DNA of 248,000 nt from Hyalangium minutum (GCF_000737315.1 NZ_JMCB01000008.1:20001-268000); one strand, 5' to 3'; shown: positions 109,355-121,000, numbered from the stretch's first letter. Notes: generated by a model from the letters alone, not told the origin. Translations and numbers: made by a program.

Positions 109355-109440
109355 TGCACGAGCCGGGGATCGAACCCGGACGGCCCTTACGGGCCAGCGG
109401 ATTTTAAGTCCGCTGCGTCTGCCTGTTCCGCCACTCGTGC
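109355..109440 (-). tRNA. tRNA-Leu (TAA)
   Basis: GCACGAGTGGCGGAACAGGCAGACGC...CTTAAAA, long variable arm, GGTTCGATCCC. Confidence 0.95.
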
Positions 109441-109540
109441 CCGAGCGCCACAACGGTGTCGGGACCATCTCTCAACTGCTGGACGGCCGCAATGCGCTCA
109501 ACGGTCGATTCCGGCCCGCCCTTGTTATAAAGCGCCCGCC

Positions 109541-111184
109541 ATGCTCGAGACTGTCACCAAGGGCTTCCGCTCCGCCAAGAACCGCCTCGCCGGCAAGAGC
109601 GAGCTCACGCAGGATGTGGTGGATGAGTCACTGCGCGACATCCGCGTCTCCCTGTTGGAGGCGGACGTCGCCTTCGATGTGGTGAAGAAGTTCGTCGCCC
109701 GCGTCCGCGAGAAGACCGTGGGCGAGGTGGTGCAGACGACCATCACGGACAAGTCCGGCCAGAAGCGGAAGGTGAGCCCGGCGGACTACTTCGTGAAGAT
109801 CTGCCACGACGAGCTCGAGGCCCTGATGGGGCCGGTGGACACGAGCCTGAAGCTCAAGCCCAAGGGGCAGCTGAGCGGCATCATGATGGTGGGCCTGCAG
109901 GGCTCAGGTAAGACGACGACCACGGGCAAGCTCGCCAACCGGCTGCTCCAAGAGGGACGCAAGCCGCTGCTGGTGGCGGCGGACATCTACCGTCCGGCCG
110001 CCGTGGACCAGCTGAAGGTGCTGGGCGAGAAGCTGAAGGTGCCGGTGTACTTCGAGCCCAACGTGCCGCCACCGGAGCTGGCGGCGCGCGGGTACGCTGC
110101 GGCGCGGGACCAGAAGTGCGACGTGGTGCTGATCGACACGGCGGGCCGGCTTGCCATCGACGAGGCACTGATGGCGGAGCTGGAGTCCATCAAGGGCAAG
110201 GTGCACCCGGACAACATCCTGCTGGTGTGCGACGCGATGATTGGCCAGGACGCGGTGCGCACGGCGGCCGAGTTCGACCGGCGGTTGACGCTGGACGGCT
110301 TCATCCTGACGAAGCTGGACGGTGACGCGCGTGGTGGCGCGGCGCTGTCGATCAAGGAAGTGACGGGGAAGCCGATCAAGTTCCTCGGCATGGGCGAGTC
110401 GATGGACAAGCTCGAAGAGTTCCGGCCGGACGGGCTTGCGGGCCGGATTCTCGGGTTTGGCGACATCGTCGGCCTGATGAAGGACTTCGAGAAGGTCGTC
110501 GACGAGAAGAAGGCCGAGGAGGACGCGCGCAAGCTGCTGTCCGGCAACTTCTCGATGAAGGACTTCGTGGAGCAGATCCGGATGGTGCGGCGGATGGGGC
110601 CGCTGAAGGACCTGCTGGAGAAGTTCCCGTTGTTCGGGGATCTGACGGAGCAGCTGAACCCGGACGAGAAGGAGCTGACGAAGATCGAGGCGATGTATGA
110701 CTCGATGACGGAGAAGGAGCGGCTGCGGCCGGACCTGATCAACGCAAGCCGGGTGGAGCGCATCGCGAAGGGCAGTGGGCGCAAGGCGGAGGACGTGCGC
110801 GAGCTGCTGCAGAAGTTCGGGATGATGCAGCAGGTGATGGGGACGATTGGTCAGAATCCGGGGTTGCTGGGACGGATTCCGGGGTTCAAGCAGCTGGGGC
110901 AGCTGTCTCAGATGAAGAACATGGACCTGTCGGGCCTGATGGGGAACGACAAGCTGATGCAGCAGGCGATGAGCGGCATGGGAGGCATGGGAGGCATGCC
111001 CATGCAGCTGCCGCAGATCGCGCCGGGCTACACGCCTCCGATGGGCCAGGCGGCGATGGCGAAGGCGCGGCTGATGGGCTACGCGCCGCCGTCGGCGGCG
111101 GGCAAGCCGGAGGACAAGGACGCCATCAAGGAGCGCCGCAAGCGCGAGAAGGCGAACCGGAAGAAGAACCGGAAGAAGAAGTAG
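109541..111184 (+). CDS. ffh: Signal recognition particle protein
   Basis: GLQGSGKT, DTAGR, TKLD, GRILG. Confidence 0.97.
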   Translation: MLETVTKGFRSAKNRLAGKSELTQDVVDESLRDIRVSLLEADVAFDVVKKFVARVREKTVGEVVQTTITDKSGQKRKVSPADYFVKICHDELEALMGPVDTSLKLKPKGQLSGIMMVGLQGSGKTTTTGKLANRLLQEGRKPLLVAADIYRPAAVDQLKVLGEKLKVPVYFEPNVPPPELAARGYAAARDQKCDVVLIDTAGRLAIDEALMAELESIKGKVHPDNILLVCDAMIGQDAVRTAAEFDRRLTLDGFILTKLDGDARGGAALSIKEVTGKPIKFLGMGESMDKLEEFRPDGLAGRILGFGDIVGLMKDFEKVVDEKKAEEDARKLLSGNFSMKDFVEQIRMVRRMGPLKDLLEKFPLFGDLTEQLNPDEKELTKIEAMYDSMTEKERLRPDLINASRVERIAKGSGRKAEDVRELLQKFGMMQQVMGTIGQNPGLLGRIPGFKQLGQLSQMKNMDLSGLMGNDKLMQQAMSGMGGMGGMPMQLPQIAPGYTPPMGQAAMAKARLMGYAPPSAAGKPEDKDAIKERRKREKANRKKNRKKK

Positions 111185-111432
111185 GACTCCCCTCCTTCAG
111201 AGCCTCGGACGCGCCCCTTCCGTTTCAGGGACCGTCCGAGGTGTAGCCAAGGCCCAACCGTCTCGCGGCGTGGACTCCTCGTCTACGGCGGCGGACGGTG
111301 TGAGCGCCGGACGGAACAGCCAGCCACTGGCATTGGCGTCCAAAACCGTCTTTTCTGCTGAGAATTGGGCCCTTTAGCGGGCGAGGCATATCCACGAAGG
111401 GAGTGGACCGCCTTTTGCTCTGGAAGCGTGGC

Positions 111433-112779
111433 ATGACCCTTCTCAATCGTTTCATCCCCTTGGTTGTGGCTGTTCTGATGTCTGCCTGCATCAATGTTCC
111501 CGAGGTAGGGGACCCCCTTCCGAATCCGGAAGTCCCGGATGGGGGCACCAAGCCGGACGGAGGAGTTCCTGCGGACTCGACCCCGCCAACCCTCACTGCA
111601 ACGGTGCCAACGCACGGCTCGACCAACGTGACCACGAGCCCTCAGTTCCAGTTCACCTTCTCCGAGCCCATGAATGTGGGCACGGTGCAGGTATCAATCG
111701 CACCTATGGTGGCGCTCAGCACTGGAGTTTGGACGAGCAACAACACCCAGCTCACGCTGCAGCCACTGGCGGCGCTGGCCCAGAACACGACCTACATGCT
111801 GTCGGTGGACGGCAAGGACGTGGCGGGCAACGCGCTAACGGACCGAAAGCAATTCTCGTTCGAGACAACGGGGCCTGCGCCCGACACCACACCGCCAACC
111901 ATCCTCGCCATCAGCCCGTCCTACGGAGCCATCGGGGTGGCACAGAGCGCGACCTTCACCGTGACGTTCTCAGAGCCGATGGACAAAGCCTCGGCCCAGA
112001 CCGCTTTCGCCATCACGTCGCCTTCGGGGTTCAACGCTGGCGTCTTCACCTGGAGCGCGGAAGGAACCGTGATGACGTTCAACCCAGACACGGACTTTCC
112101 TTACGGAACAACCGTGGGATGGCAAGTCTCGATGGCCGCCAAGGACTTGGCTGGAAACACACTGGAGAGCGCCACGGCCGCCTCGTTCCGCGCCATTCGA
112201 GTGAACACGGTTACGATTGACTTCGATCCTTACACAAGCGGCTCTGCACTTGCTCCCGATTACGCCAGAACAAGTGCCCTCTACAATCTTGAGAACGTTG
112301 GCGACAATACCCAGAATCGCGAGGTGCGGCTCTTTATCGGCTTCAAACTCGATGTCCTGCCAGAAAATCTAGCCCGCATCGCTGACTGCAGACTCAAATG
112401 GTTCACATCAAGCCAACAGGGCAGCCCTTTCTCTTCCCTTGGAAGACTCCTTCTTGAAAGAGTCTTCATTGGCGAATCGATTGCATTTTCAACCACGGAC
112501 ACAACCAACCCAAGCTCAAAAGGTCAATATGAGTCAGCCGCTTTAGGCTCGCCCATTATTGTCCTGAACAGTGCCATTCCTGCCACCCTGACTTCCGAAG
112601 TCACATCGCTCGTGGCGCTTGACTGGCTTGAGAGAACCAACCGCAACTCCAAGCGTTCTCAGTTCAGACTGCGCTTTGAGGTTCCAAGCAACAATGATGG
112701 CCTCCGTGACACCATCGTCTCGGACGTGGAGCAAACCCCCAAGCTGGCAGAACTTCTCATCACCTATGAATACCCTTAA
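111433..112779 (+). CDS. Lipoprotein with two Big_5 (SbsA-type) Ig domains
   Basis: MSAC lipobox, two TFSEPM repeats; AT-richer C-terminal domain. Confidence 0.7.
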   Translation: MTLLNRFIPLVVAVLMSACINVPEVGDPLPNPEVPDGGTKPDGGVPADSTPPTLTATVPTHGSTNVTTSPQFQFTFSEPMNVGTVQVSIAPMVALSTGVWTSNNTQLTLQPLAALAQNTTYMLSVDGKDVAGNALTDRKQFSFETTGPAPDTTPPTILAISPSYGAIGVAQSATFTVTFSEPMDKASAQTAFAITSPSGFNAGVFTWSAEGTVMTFNPDTDFPYGTTVGWQVSMAAKDLAGNTLESATAASFRAIRVNTVTIDFDPYTSGSALAPDYARTSALYNLENVGDNTQNREVRLFIGFKLDVLPENLARIADCRLKWFTSSQQGSPFSSLGRLLLERVFIGESIAFSTTDTTNPSSKGQYESAALGSPIIVLNSAIPATLTSEVTSLVALDWLERTNRNSKRSQFRLRFEVPSNNDGLRDTIVSDVEQTPKLAELLITYEYP

Positions 112780-112824
112780 GATTGCGGTATTCGTGCATTC
112801 TTCGAGTGCAATTCGATGCTTTGG

Positions 112825-113925
112825 TTAACCCTGTCGCTTCGGGACAACCAAACCGCGTGCGAGACGGCGCAGCACACGCCGTTTCTGGCGCCTCTTATAG
112901 AGTTTGTGAGCATTCTCGCCCTCTTCATTAAGGCGAGCCGTCTCTTCATTCATGATCTGAAACTCAACCAGACAAAACACCACCCTCCCCTTGCGCGGAC
113001 GAATATCTTTCTCAGGGGGAGGCAGATACGCATCCATCCTCAATGGCATATCCACGATGAAGTTGAGCGCGCGGAATGTGCTACCAGAGAACTGATTGCT
113101 GGTGCGGTCTTCTCGGTCTTCGTAATCACGATCCAGATGCAGTTGTGTCGCGTACTGTTCGAAGTGCGGGTGCTCGGCCAGTACTGACTTGAACGGGAGC
113201 AGTGAGTTTTCTGTTTGCCCAGGAACCACGAAGTTGAAGGGGAACAGGCGCTGGGTCAAGAAATAGAGAATCGGGAGAATGTCTTCGTGACGCTTCGTGA
113301 TGATCCTGAACCGCGTGCGATCATAGACCTGCGCAGCCACCGTCTCCTTCTTCGCAATCAGCTTGGTGACCAACGAGTCACGCGTCTTGATGGAATGCGC
113401 GAACTCCAGCACAGGCAGACCTTTGGCCTGAATCTCCTGGGCCACACTGAGAACCTTCGCTGTCACCAAATCCGCCAGTTCCGCCTCGGAAACAGGCAAC
113501 TGGAAGAGAAGGTCACGTCCTTCAATGTGCTGGATCACGTGCATGACCTTCAGGACGATGCAGGCGATCCGGCGATACTTGGGCAGCCCCTTGGCTCCGG
113601 AGGCATATAGGAAAAGATCGTGAATCTCCGCTGGGTTCGCCACGGCCTCGGCAACCCGATAGTTGAACGTCTTGCGGAGGTACTCCACAGCGTCCGCCAG
113701 GACCGCGCGCGCCCAGGCATCGTCATACAGCCGCGAGACGTCCAGTTGGCAGAGCCGCAGGAAATGATCCACCTCGTCCCGCGATTGGAAGTGCATCCGC
113801 CGCCAATCGATAACGGACCCCCCGCGCAAGATGAGCCGCAGGCGCTCCAGTTCTCGAAGGCCCATCTCCTCCACGGTGCAGATCGGGAGTTCGGGCAGTT
113901 GGGGGATGAGAGACACGACCTTCAC
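112825..113925 (-). CDS. TIGR04552-like protein (RelA/SpoT-type nucleotidyltransferase fold)
   Basis: GGSVIDW, SIKTRDSLVTKL, YDRTRFRII, VEFQI. Confidence 0.65.
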   Translation of the reverse strand: MKVVSLIPQLPELPICTVEEMGLRELERLRLILRGGSVIDWRRMHFQSRDEVDHFLRLCQLDVSRLYDDAWARAVLADAVEYLRKTFNYRVAEAVANPAEIHDLFLYASGAKGLPKYRRIACIVLKVMHVIQHIEGRDLLFQLPVSEAELADLVTAKVLSVAQEIQAKGLPVLEFAHSIKTRDSLVTKLIAKKETVAAQVYDRTRFRIITKRHEDILPILYFLTQRLFPFNFVVPGQTENSLLPFKSVLAEHPHFEQYATQLHLDRDYEDREDRTSNQFSGSTFRALNFIVDMPLRMDAYLPPPEKDIRPRKGRVVFCLVEFQIMNEETARLNEEGENAHKLYKRRQKRRVLRRLARGLVVPKRQG

Positions 113926-114077
113926 AGCGGCGCTTCTAGCCGAGCCCGTAGGCCGGGGCAATGCAGCGGCGAAACAAAAGGCCCTCCTCCGCTTGGAAGA
114001 GGGCCTCGGTGCTGGTGCAAGGAGGAGGGCAACTTTTTCTCTGCCCGCTTGTCGTCGCGGGACCTTGCTCGCTCCGT

Positions 114078-114563
114078 TTACTTGGCCGCAACCTCACGGT
114101 TGTTGCGGTACTCCACCTGCTTCACAACCCGGCCATCCTCGGAGAACTCCTTGGCGGTCCCCTCACGCAGGCCCTCCGAGTACAGGTCCACCTTGCGGAC
114201 CTTGCCGCTGGGGTAGAACTCCACGACTTCACCGTGGAAGTTGCTGCCCTTGAACATGGCAGTCCCGGTCTTGTTGCCCTTCTCATCAAAGGAGGTCCAG
114301 AGGCCAGTGCGGAAGCCGTTCTCAGACTGCCCCTCCGCCTGCTTGGCGCCGTTCGGGTAGAAGTACACAGTGGGACCGTGAGGCTTGAACCCCTGCTCAC
114401 TCTTCTTCACGCACGCAGTGATGTCGTGCGTCGCGTCCGAACCGCCTTTCTGAACCGTCCCCGCCGGGCAGTTGAGCTTGATGGGCGACGACGCAAACGC
114501 CGCAGGGGCTACCGTCATCACAACCATCATCCCGAGAGCCTTGGTCCACTTCTTGGTCAACAT
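114078..114563 (-). CDS. Secreted YwqK/MORN-variant repeat protein
   Basis: HGP..YFYPNG, G.WTSFDEKG repeats. Confidence 0.65.
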   Translation of the reverse strand: MLTKKWTKALGMMVVMTVAPAAFASSPIKLNCPAGTVQKGGSDATHDITACVKKSEQGFKPHGPTVYFYPNGAKQAEGQSENGFRTGLWTSFDEKGNKTGTAMFKGSNFHGEVVEFYPSGKVRKVDLYSEGLREGTAKEFSEDGRVVKQVEYRNNREVAAK

Positions 114564-114766
114564 GAGGTCTTCCTTTCATCCGCAGTTCGACGGCCTCACC
114601 GTCGCTGCCTAGATCAACGGGATCAATTCGGCATTATTCACGAAACTGTTCCCGCAGTTAGCTCACCTTAGAGCACTTTGAACGACAAGACCCCACTCCC
114701 GGCAAATCCGAAAGTGGGGTCATCGATGTCACCAGCAGCGTTACACAAGCTGCTGCTTATCCATGA

Positions 114767-115663
114767 CTACTGATTGAAGCTCGCGCACACGGGATTGCCA
114801 CCCGTGAAGTAGTAGCCAACCTGGATGCTCGACAGGTTCGCGCACAGGTAGGTCTGGAACTCGGCGTCCTTCAGGTTGGTCGTGCTGCGGTTGTAACCCG
114901 TGTTGGGCAGCAGGAGGCCCGAGTTGACCACGTCGAGCTTGGTCGTATCCGTCTTCACGTAGAAGAAGCCAGACAGACCATTGCGGGTGTCAGGCCAGTT
115001 CGCATCGGTCCGGTAGGCCCGGATGCTGAACACGTAAGCACCGCCGCTCGTGCAGAAGCTCGAGTTCGTCTCGTAGCGGAGCTTGGTGATCGAGTAGATC
115101 ACCGGGCCGTTGCTGGTGGTCGCGCTCCAGTCCGGACGGTTGCCGGACGGGAAGTTCTCGCAGGTCGTCGGAGCAACCGGAGCCGCCGTGCACGTGGAGC
115201 TGGAGCAGAACTGACCGTAAGAGCAGGTCGACTGCGCGGTGCCCGAGCAGGTCGTACCCGGGTTGGAGCCGGCCTTGCACTGGCCCGTCGCCGTGTCGCA
115301 GGTGCGGCCCGTGCCGCAAGCCGAGTCCGAGGTGCACTTCGGCGTGCAGACCTTGTCCAGGTTCGAGCACACCAGGTCCGTCGTTCCCTCAGAGTTGCAC
115401 AGCACGTCCGTGGAGCACTGGCACACCTGACGGTTGTCCGAGGTGCTGATCGCCGCGCACGTCTTCGCGCTCGAGGGACAGTCCGATCCCGCCGTACAGG
115501 TCTTCACACAGACCTTCGAGGACGGGTGGCAGATCTCGCCGTCGAGGCAGTCTCCATCCGCCGTGCACGTCAGGCTGGTCTCCTCATCCGCCGGGCAACC
115601 AGTCATCACCACGCTCAGCGCGCTCAGCGCGGTGAGCATCATCAACGTTTTACGAAGCTGCAT
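114767..115663 (-). CDS. Cys-rich lipoprotein
   Basis: MTGC lipobox; repeated C..D.DC..G..C motifs. Confidence 0.7.
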   Translation of the reverse strand: MQLRKTLMMLTALSALSVVMTGCPADEETSLTCTADGDCLDGEICHPSSKVCVKTCTAGSDCPSSAKTCAAISTSDNRQVCQCSTDVLCNSEGTTDLVCSNLDKVCTPKCTSDSACGTGRTCDTATGQCKAGSNPGTTCSGTAQSTCSYGQFCSSSTCTAAPVAPTTCENFPSGNRPDWSATTSNGPVIYSITKLRYETNSSFCTSGGAYVFSIRAYRTDANWPDTRNGLSGFFYVKTDTTKLDVVNSGLLLPNTGYNRSTTNLKDAEFQTYLCANLSSIQVGYYFTGGNPVCASFNQ

Positions 115664-115885
115664 GCTGGACTTCCTCCTGTGGGTGCCTCGCATGGGGCTT
115701 CCGGCCTCACAAGCCCCCATCCCATTCTTGCGAGCGGCGGTCGCTTTAGCCCCGCCTGTCTGGATGTGTCAACGAATGTTGACGCCCCCTCGACGCACTC
115801 CCCACTGGGAAATTCAGCGCGAACGAAAGCGGACAGCAGCACGGCCTTTTGTTACCGCCGCGCCACTGTCCGCTCGCAATCACTT

Positions 115886-117928
115886 CTAGAAAATGAACGG
115901 GAAATCGATGGGATCGCCCTGCTTCTTGTGCTTCGGAAAGTTCCAACCCTTGATGAGCCCGGAGATGCAGGTCGCCATATAGGTCTTCTTGAACTCCTCC
116001 GACTTCACCGAGACGCCCGTCGTCTTGCCGTTCGTCTGGATGACCCACCTCATCACCAGACGGCCCGTCAGGCCCGGATCCTTCTTCTTCTGCTCGTTCA
116101 CGCACTTCACGATGGCCGGCTTGTTCGCCACCACCACCGACATGATGTCCGATTGACCGAGCCGCTCGGGCACGTCGCCGCCCGGCGCGGGCGGAATGTA
116201 CGTGGACGGCGTCTTCTCGCCGCTGGCCGTCTTCCCCGCCGCAGGCTTCTTCGTCCCGAACAGATCATCGAAGTCATCGCCCAGGCCATCGTCCGACTGC
116301 TTCGACGGCTTCGACACGGCTTCGGACTTGGACGAACTCGAAGAACTCGAAGAGCTCGGACGCGAGGACTCGCCCGAAGACGGTTTCCGCTCCCCCGTCT
116401 TCGAGGAAGGCGTCACCTTCGCCACGGCCTCGGCCGCCGCAGGAGTCGCCGCCGGTGTCGTGGGAGGAGGCGTCGGCGTCGCCGCAGGAGTGGCCGCAGG
116501 CGTGGCCGGAGCCGTCCCCGCCGCAGGAGCCGCAGGTGGCGTGGCCGCAGCAACGGCTGGCGCAGGCGTCGGTGTCGGCGGGTTGGCCGCAGGGGCGCTC
116601 GGAGGCGGCTCCACCTTGGCCACCGGCGGAGTGGCCGGCTCGGGCTCCTTGGGCTGGGGAGCCGGCGTCACGGCTGCCACAGGCTCGGAAGGCGGAGGCG
116701 GCGGGCTTCGGAAAGCGAAGAAACCGCCCACCACCAAGAGCAACACCACCACGCCTCCAATGGCCGCGAACATCACGGTCTTGTTCCCACCCCCCTGAGC
116801 CGCAGGCGCCGCCGGAGGCGGATATCCCGGGTACGCGGGCTGCGGATACCCCGCCCCCGCATAGGCCGGCTGCCCGTACGCAGGCGCAGGCTGCGCGTAC
116901 GCAGGCGCAGGTGCCGGAGCAGGCGCGTACGGCATGGGCGCAGGCTGTGATGCACGCATCGGCTCGGCCGCCGCCGCCATCATCGGCGCCGCACGCGCCG
117001 CAGGTGCCATCGCGGGCTCGGGAGGCGGCAGATCCAGCAGACCCGGCGCCGAGGGCTTCTCCTCCACCGCAGGCTTCGGAGGAGGCTTGGACAGCGCGTC
117101 GTTCTCCTCCTTCACCAGCGAGGCCAGCACGCTCGCCGCCGAGGGCTTCCAGCCCGACGACGTCGGCTCCTGGCCCAGCGCCGGAGCCGCCGGAATCTCC
117201 GGACGGTTGTTCTTCGACGCAGCCCCCGCGCTGAAAGCGGACTCCACCGGCGCAGACGGAGCGGACGATGCCGCAGCCACCGATGCAGGCGCGACGATCA
117301 CCGGCTTCGCCGGACGCGGCGCGAGCACCGAGGCCAGCTCCTTCGCCTCGGAGAGTGGGATCCAGTCACTGAAGCCCGCGCGCCAGCACAGGCTGTCCGG
117401 ACCCACCTCGCCGCGATCCCAGTGCTCCTTGATCTTGTCGACGGTGAGCGGCCCCACCTGCTTCTCGTCGATGGCGACGAACCAGTCGTTCGCGGATGCC
117501 GTGGCCTTGGGATCGTCCGGCAGTTCCTCGGCCTCGGCCAGCTTGCGCATGGCCTCCGCCGAGGCCGCCTTCGCCTCCTTGGCCTTGTCATCACCCGAGC
117601 CGATCTTTTGCGAGCCCGAGTTGAGGACCTGATCGAATACCGCGCCGATCTCGTCCTCCTCGACATCCGTGAAGAGGCCACCCTCGGGCGGCGTTCCCAA
117701 CGAGGCCGGCAACGCCGCAGCGTTGGCGTTCGCGGCCCCATTGGCCGTCGTGGTGGCCGTCACAGCCGAAGCCTCGGACGAGCCATCATCCTTCGGCGCC
117801 GCGGCGCCGGCAGGACGCACCACAATGGTGTGGCCGCACTTCTTGCAACGAATCTTGACGCCCTTGGCGCCAATCTTGTCGTCGCTAATCATGTACTGCG
117901 CGCGGCAGCTGTCGCAGACGAAGCGCAT
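115886..117928 (-). CDS. gltJ: Gliding motility protein GltJ (AgmX)
   Basis: Zinc ribbon, GYF_2, TM, TonB-C-like C-terminus; position in glt cluster. Confidence 0.85.
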   Translation of the reverse strand: MRFVCDSCRAQYMISDDKIGAKGVKIRCKKCGHTIVVRPAGAAAPKDDGSSEASAVTATTTANGAANANAAALPASLGTPPEGGLFTDVEEDEIGAVFDQVLNSGSQKIGSGDDKAKEAKAASAEAMRKLAEAEELPDDPKATASANDWFVAIDEKQVGPLTVDKIKEHWDRGEVGPDSLCWRAGFSDWIPLSEAKELASVLAPRPAKPVIVAPASVAAASSAPSAPVESAFSAGAASKNNRPEIPAAPALGQEPTSSGWKPSAASVLASLVKEENDALSKPPPKPAVEEKPSAPGLLDLPPPEPAMAPAARAAPMMAAAAEPMRASQPAPMPYAPAPAPAPAYAQPAPAYGQPAYAGAGYPQPAYPGYPPPAAPAAQGGGNKTVMFAAIGGVVVLLLVVGGFFAFRSPPPPPSEPVAAVTPAPQPKEPEPATPPVAKVEPPPSAPAANPPTPTPAPAVAAATPPAAPAAGTAPATPAATPAATPTPPPTTPAATPAAAEAVAKVTPSSKTGERKPSSGESSRPSSSSSSSSSKSEAVSKPSKQSDDGLGDDFDDLFGTKKPAAGKTASGEKTPSTYIPPAPGGDVPERLGQSDIMSVVVANKPAIVKCVNEQKKKDPGLTGRLVMRWVIQTNGKTTGVSVKSEEFKKTYMATCISGLIKGWNFPKHKKQGDPIDFPFIF

Positions 117929-118068
117929 CGTTCCCCGCAAGTCACAGAAAAGACGGAAGAAATCCCGCCAAACCAAAATCGTAGAGGTGCTCACCGGGGG
118001 GGTCAAGGATGCGTCCCAAGACCGCCCGGTTGCCTTTCAACGGCTGAACCCTCCCCCCGATCTAACCG

Positions 118069-121000
118069 CTACTTCCTCACCTGCACCTCCACGTGCGTCC
118101 CTACGGCGACACGCAGATCATGCAGGTCCTCGGAGGTCGCAAACACCAGTAGATCCCGGAGCTTGGTGCGCGGCGGCACGCGGAAGGAGGATCCGGTCTC
118201 CCCAGTGACCATCCGCTTGGCCGGCTCCATCTCGCCCGAGGCGAAGAGCCCCGCGCGGGCCGCTGTGAGTTCTACGCCCTCCAACCAGGTGCGCACGTCC
118301 GTCGGAGTGGCCGTGGGCAGGTAGGCGCGAACCACCTTGGCGAGCGCCGCCCTGGCCGGCTCGCTGAGGTTCTTCTCCAGCAACTGCCGCGCCTCCGCAA
118401 AGTGCCGCGGATCCGCCGTGTGCCGGATCTGCACCACCATGGTCATGGCCGCCTGGAGCAGCGCCTCGAGCCGATCCGGCGCCAGCCGCTGGCTGAAGGC
118501 GAGCTCCGAGCGCGCCAGCGCGAGCGTGCGGCCCAGCAGGTAGTAGACCTCTTTCTGTCCCTGCTCCGCGAAGAACTTACCGCCCACGCGCACGCAGGCC
118601 GGGTGGGTCTGCAGCAGCTCCGCGTTGATCATCGGCTCGGGAGCGGGCTCGTTGGAGCGCCGGCTGAGCCGCTCGCGGGTGGCCATGAGGAACGGCGAGT
118701 AGAGCTCCACCGCCTCCATGCCCAACAGCCGCGCCACGTAGCGGTAGTGGTGGACGTGGTACTCCTGCGAGGTGCCGACGTCGATGCGGTGCTTCTTCGG
118801 GACGATCTGGTACTGCTGGAAGGGCACCGCGTACAGGTGCCCCACCTGCTCGAACAGGATCCCCATCAGCTCCGAGAGCGGCGTGCGCACCTTCGGGTGG
118901 AACAGGTGCGTCTGCCAGAGCCGATCCGTCAGCGCGCGCTGCGCCACTTCCTTGCGCTTGGCGTAGGGCCCCAGCTTCGTGAGGATCTCCTTCTCGTCAT
119001 CCCCCGGATCACCGATGAGGCCCCCCACCGCCTGCGCGGCCAGCCACGCCCCGTCGTAGTCCTTGCGCACCGCCAGCAGGCGCACGAGGTGGCCGCACAC
119101 CTTGCGCGGATCCTCCGTGTTCGGCAGCGCCCGGCGGAGCGCCGCGATGGCCTCCTCCTCCTTGCCCTGCACCTGGCCCGCCACCTCGGCGAAGGTCTCC
119201 TGCACCTTCGCATCCTCCGGCAGGCCCTTGGCCACCACGCCGTAGGCCGCCACCGCGCCCTCGGTGTTCTTCAGCACCTGGAGGTACAGATCGCCCAGCG
119301 CACGCCACAGTGCCATGCGCGCCACGTGGGTGTCCGGCGTCTTCGGGATGCGAGAGAGCATCCGCGCGTAGTTGTCCTCCAGCGCCTTCCACTGGCTGGC
119401 CTGCCCCAGCATCGCCTCGAGCGCGCTGAAGGCCTCCACGAAGCGGTGATCCAGGTCCAGGGCGCGGTTGAACGCCTCGGCGGCGCCCTCCACGTCCTTC
119501 GCCTCGTCACGGCGGATCTCCGCCAGCGCGAACCACACCCGCTTGGCCTTGTGCGGCTCGGCGGCCAGGGCGGGCAGCGACAGCATCCGCTGCAGCACGT
119601 CCGCCGCTTTGTGCCCCTGGCGCGTCTCGCGCAGCAGCACGTACAGCTTGTCCATCACCTCGGGCGCATCCGGCTGCTCCCTGAGGGCGCCGCTGAACGC
119701 GTCGATGGCCATGTACGGGTCCTTCAGCATCTCCCGCGCGATCTCGCCCAGTTCCAGCAAGACCTTTGCCTTGGCCTCGCCGTCCAGCACGTTGACGAGT
119801 TGCTGGCGCAGTTCGGCGGACTTCTCGTACTGGCGCGCCTTGTCCATCAGCGCCACCAGGGCCCGCAGGGACGGCTCGTGCCCCGGGTCGATGGCCAGCG
119901 CTTTCTCGAAGTGGTTCTGCGCGCGGTCCGCGTGGCCCAGCGCGGCCAGCACGTCACCGAGCTGCCAGTAGACTTCCACCACTTCCAGGTCCGTGAGGCT
120001 CTCGCGGTGGTGGATGAGGATGGCCTGGAACACCTTCAGCGCGTCGTCGTAGCGCTTGGACTGCACCAGCAGGTTGCCGAAGCTCTCCAGGTTGGCCAGG
120101 TACCGTGAGTCCAGACCGTAGGACTTCTCGTACGCATCGAGCGCCTTCTCGCGCTTGCCCAGCTTCTCCGACACGTAGCCGAGCCGGTACAGCTGCCGCG
120201 ACAGATCCACCGTCACGGCGCCGTCCTTCTCCGCGATGGCCTTCTCCGCCATCTTCCGGACGACGATGTCCAGCATCTTCTCGCCGAGCATCCAGTCCTC
120301 GCGAGCGATGTAGACGTCCGCCAGTGGGCGCGCCGCCTCGAGGCTGTCCGGGACGTGCTTGAGTACCTCCTCGAAGTAGTGAGTGGCTGTCTGCTGATCC
120401 TGCCGCGTCTCCGCGTGGTACTTCGCCACGTCCAGCAGCGCGCGGGCCTTGGCCTGCGGATCATCGGAGCTCTGGGCCTCCTGGAGCAGCGTCTGCTCGT
120501 AGCCGCCCCAGTCCTGATCCTGCTCCTGAATGCCCTTGAGGGCGCGGATGCTGGGCAGGTACCCCGGGTCGATCGCGAGCGCCTGCTGGTAGCTGGACTT
120601 CGCGCTCCCCGTGTCCATCAACATGTCTTCGTTGATCTTGCCCATGCGGTGGTACAGCTCCACCGCCTCCGGCGACTGACCGAGCACCTGCGCCTCGAGC
120701 CGCAGCATCTCCAGCGCGTCCGGCCAGTTGCCGCTGCGCTCGTACAGCTTGCCCAGGGCGTTCAGCGCCGGCCGGCACGAGGGCTCCACCTGCAGCGCGT
120801 ACTGGTAGCTGGCCACCGCGCGGTCCACCGCCTTGAGCTGCTGGTGATAGACGGTGCCCATCTCCACGTAGAGCTCGGCCTGCTCCTTCGGCTCGGTCGT
120901 CAGCGACAGCTGACGCTCGTAGGCGACGATGAGATCCTCCCAGCGCTCCTGCATGCGCCGCAGCCGGATCAGCGTCTTGATGGCCTGCATGTTCGTCTGG

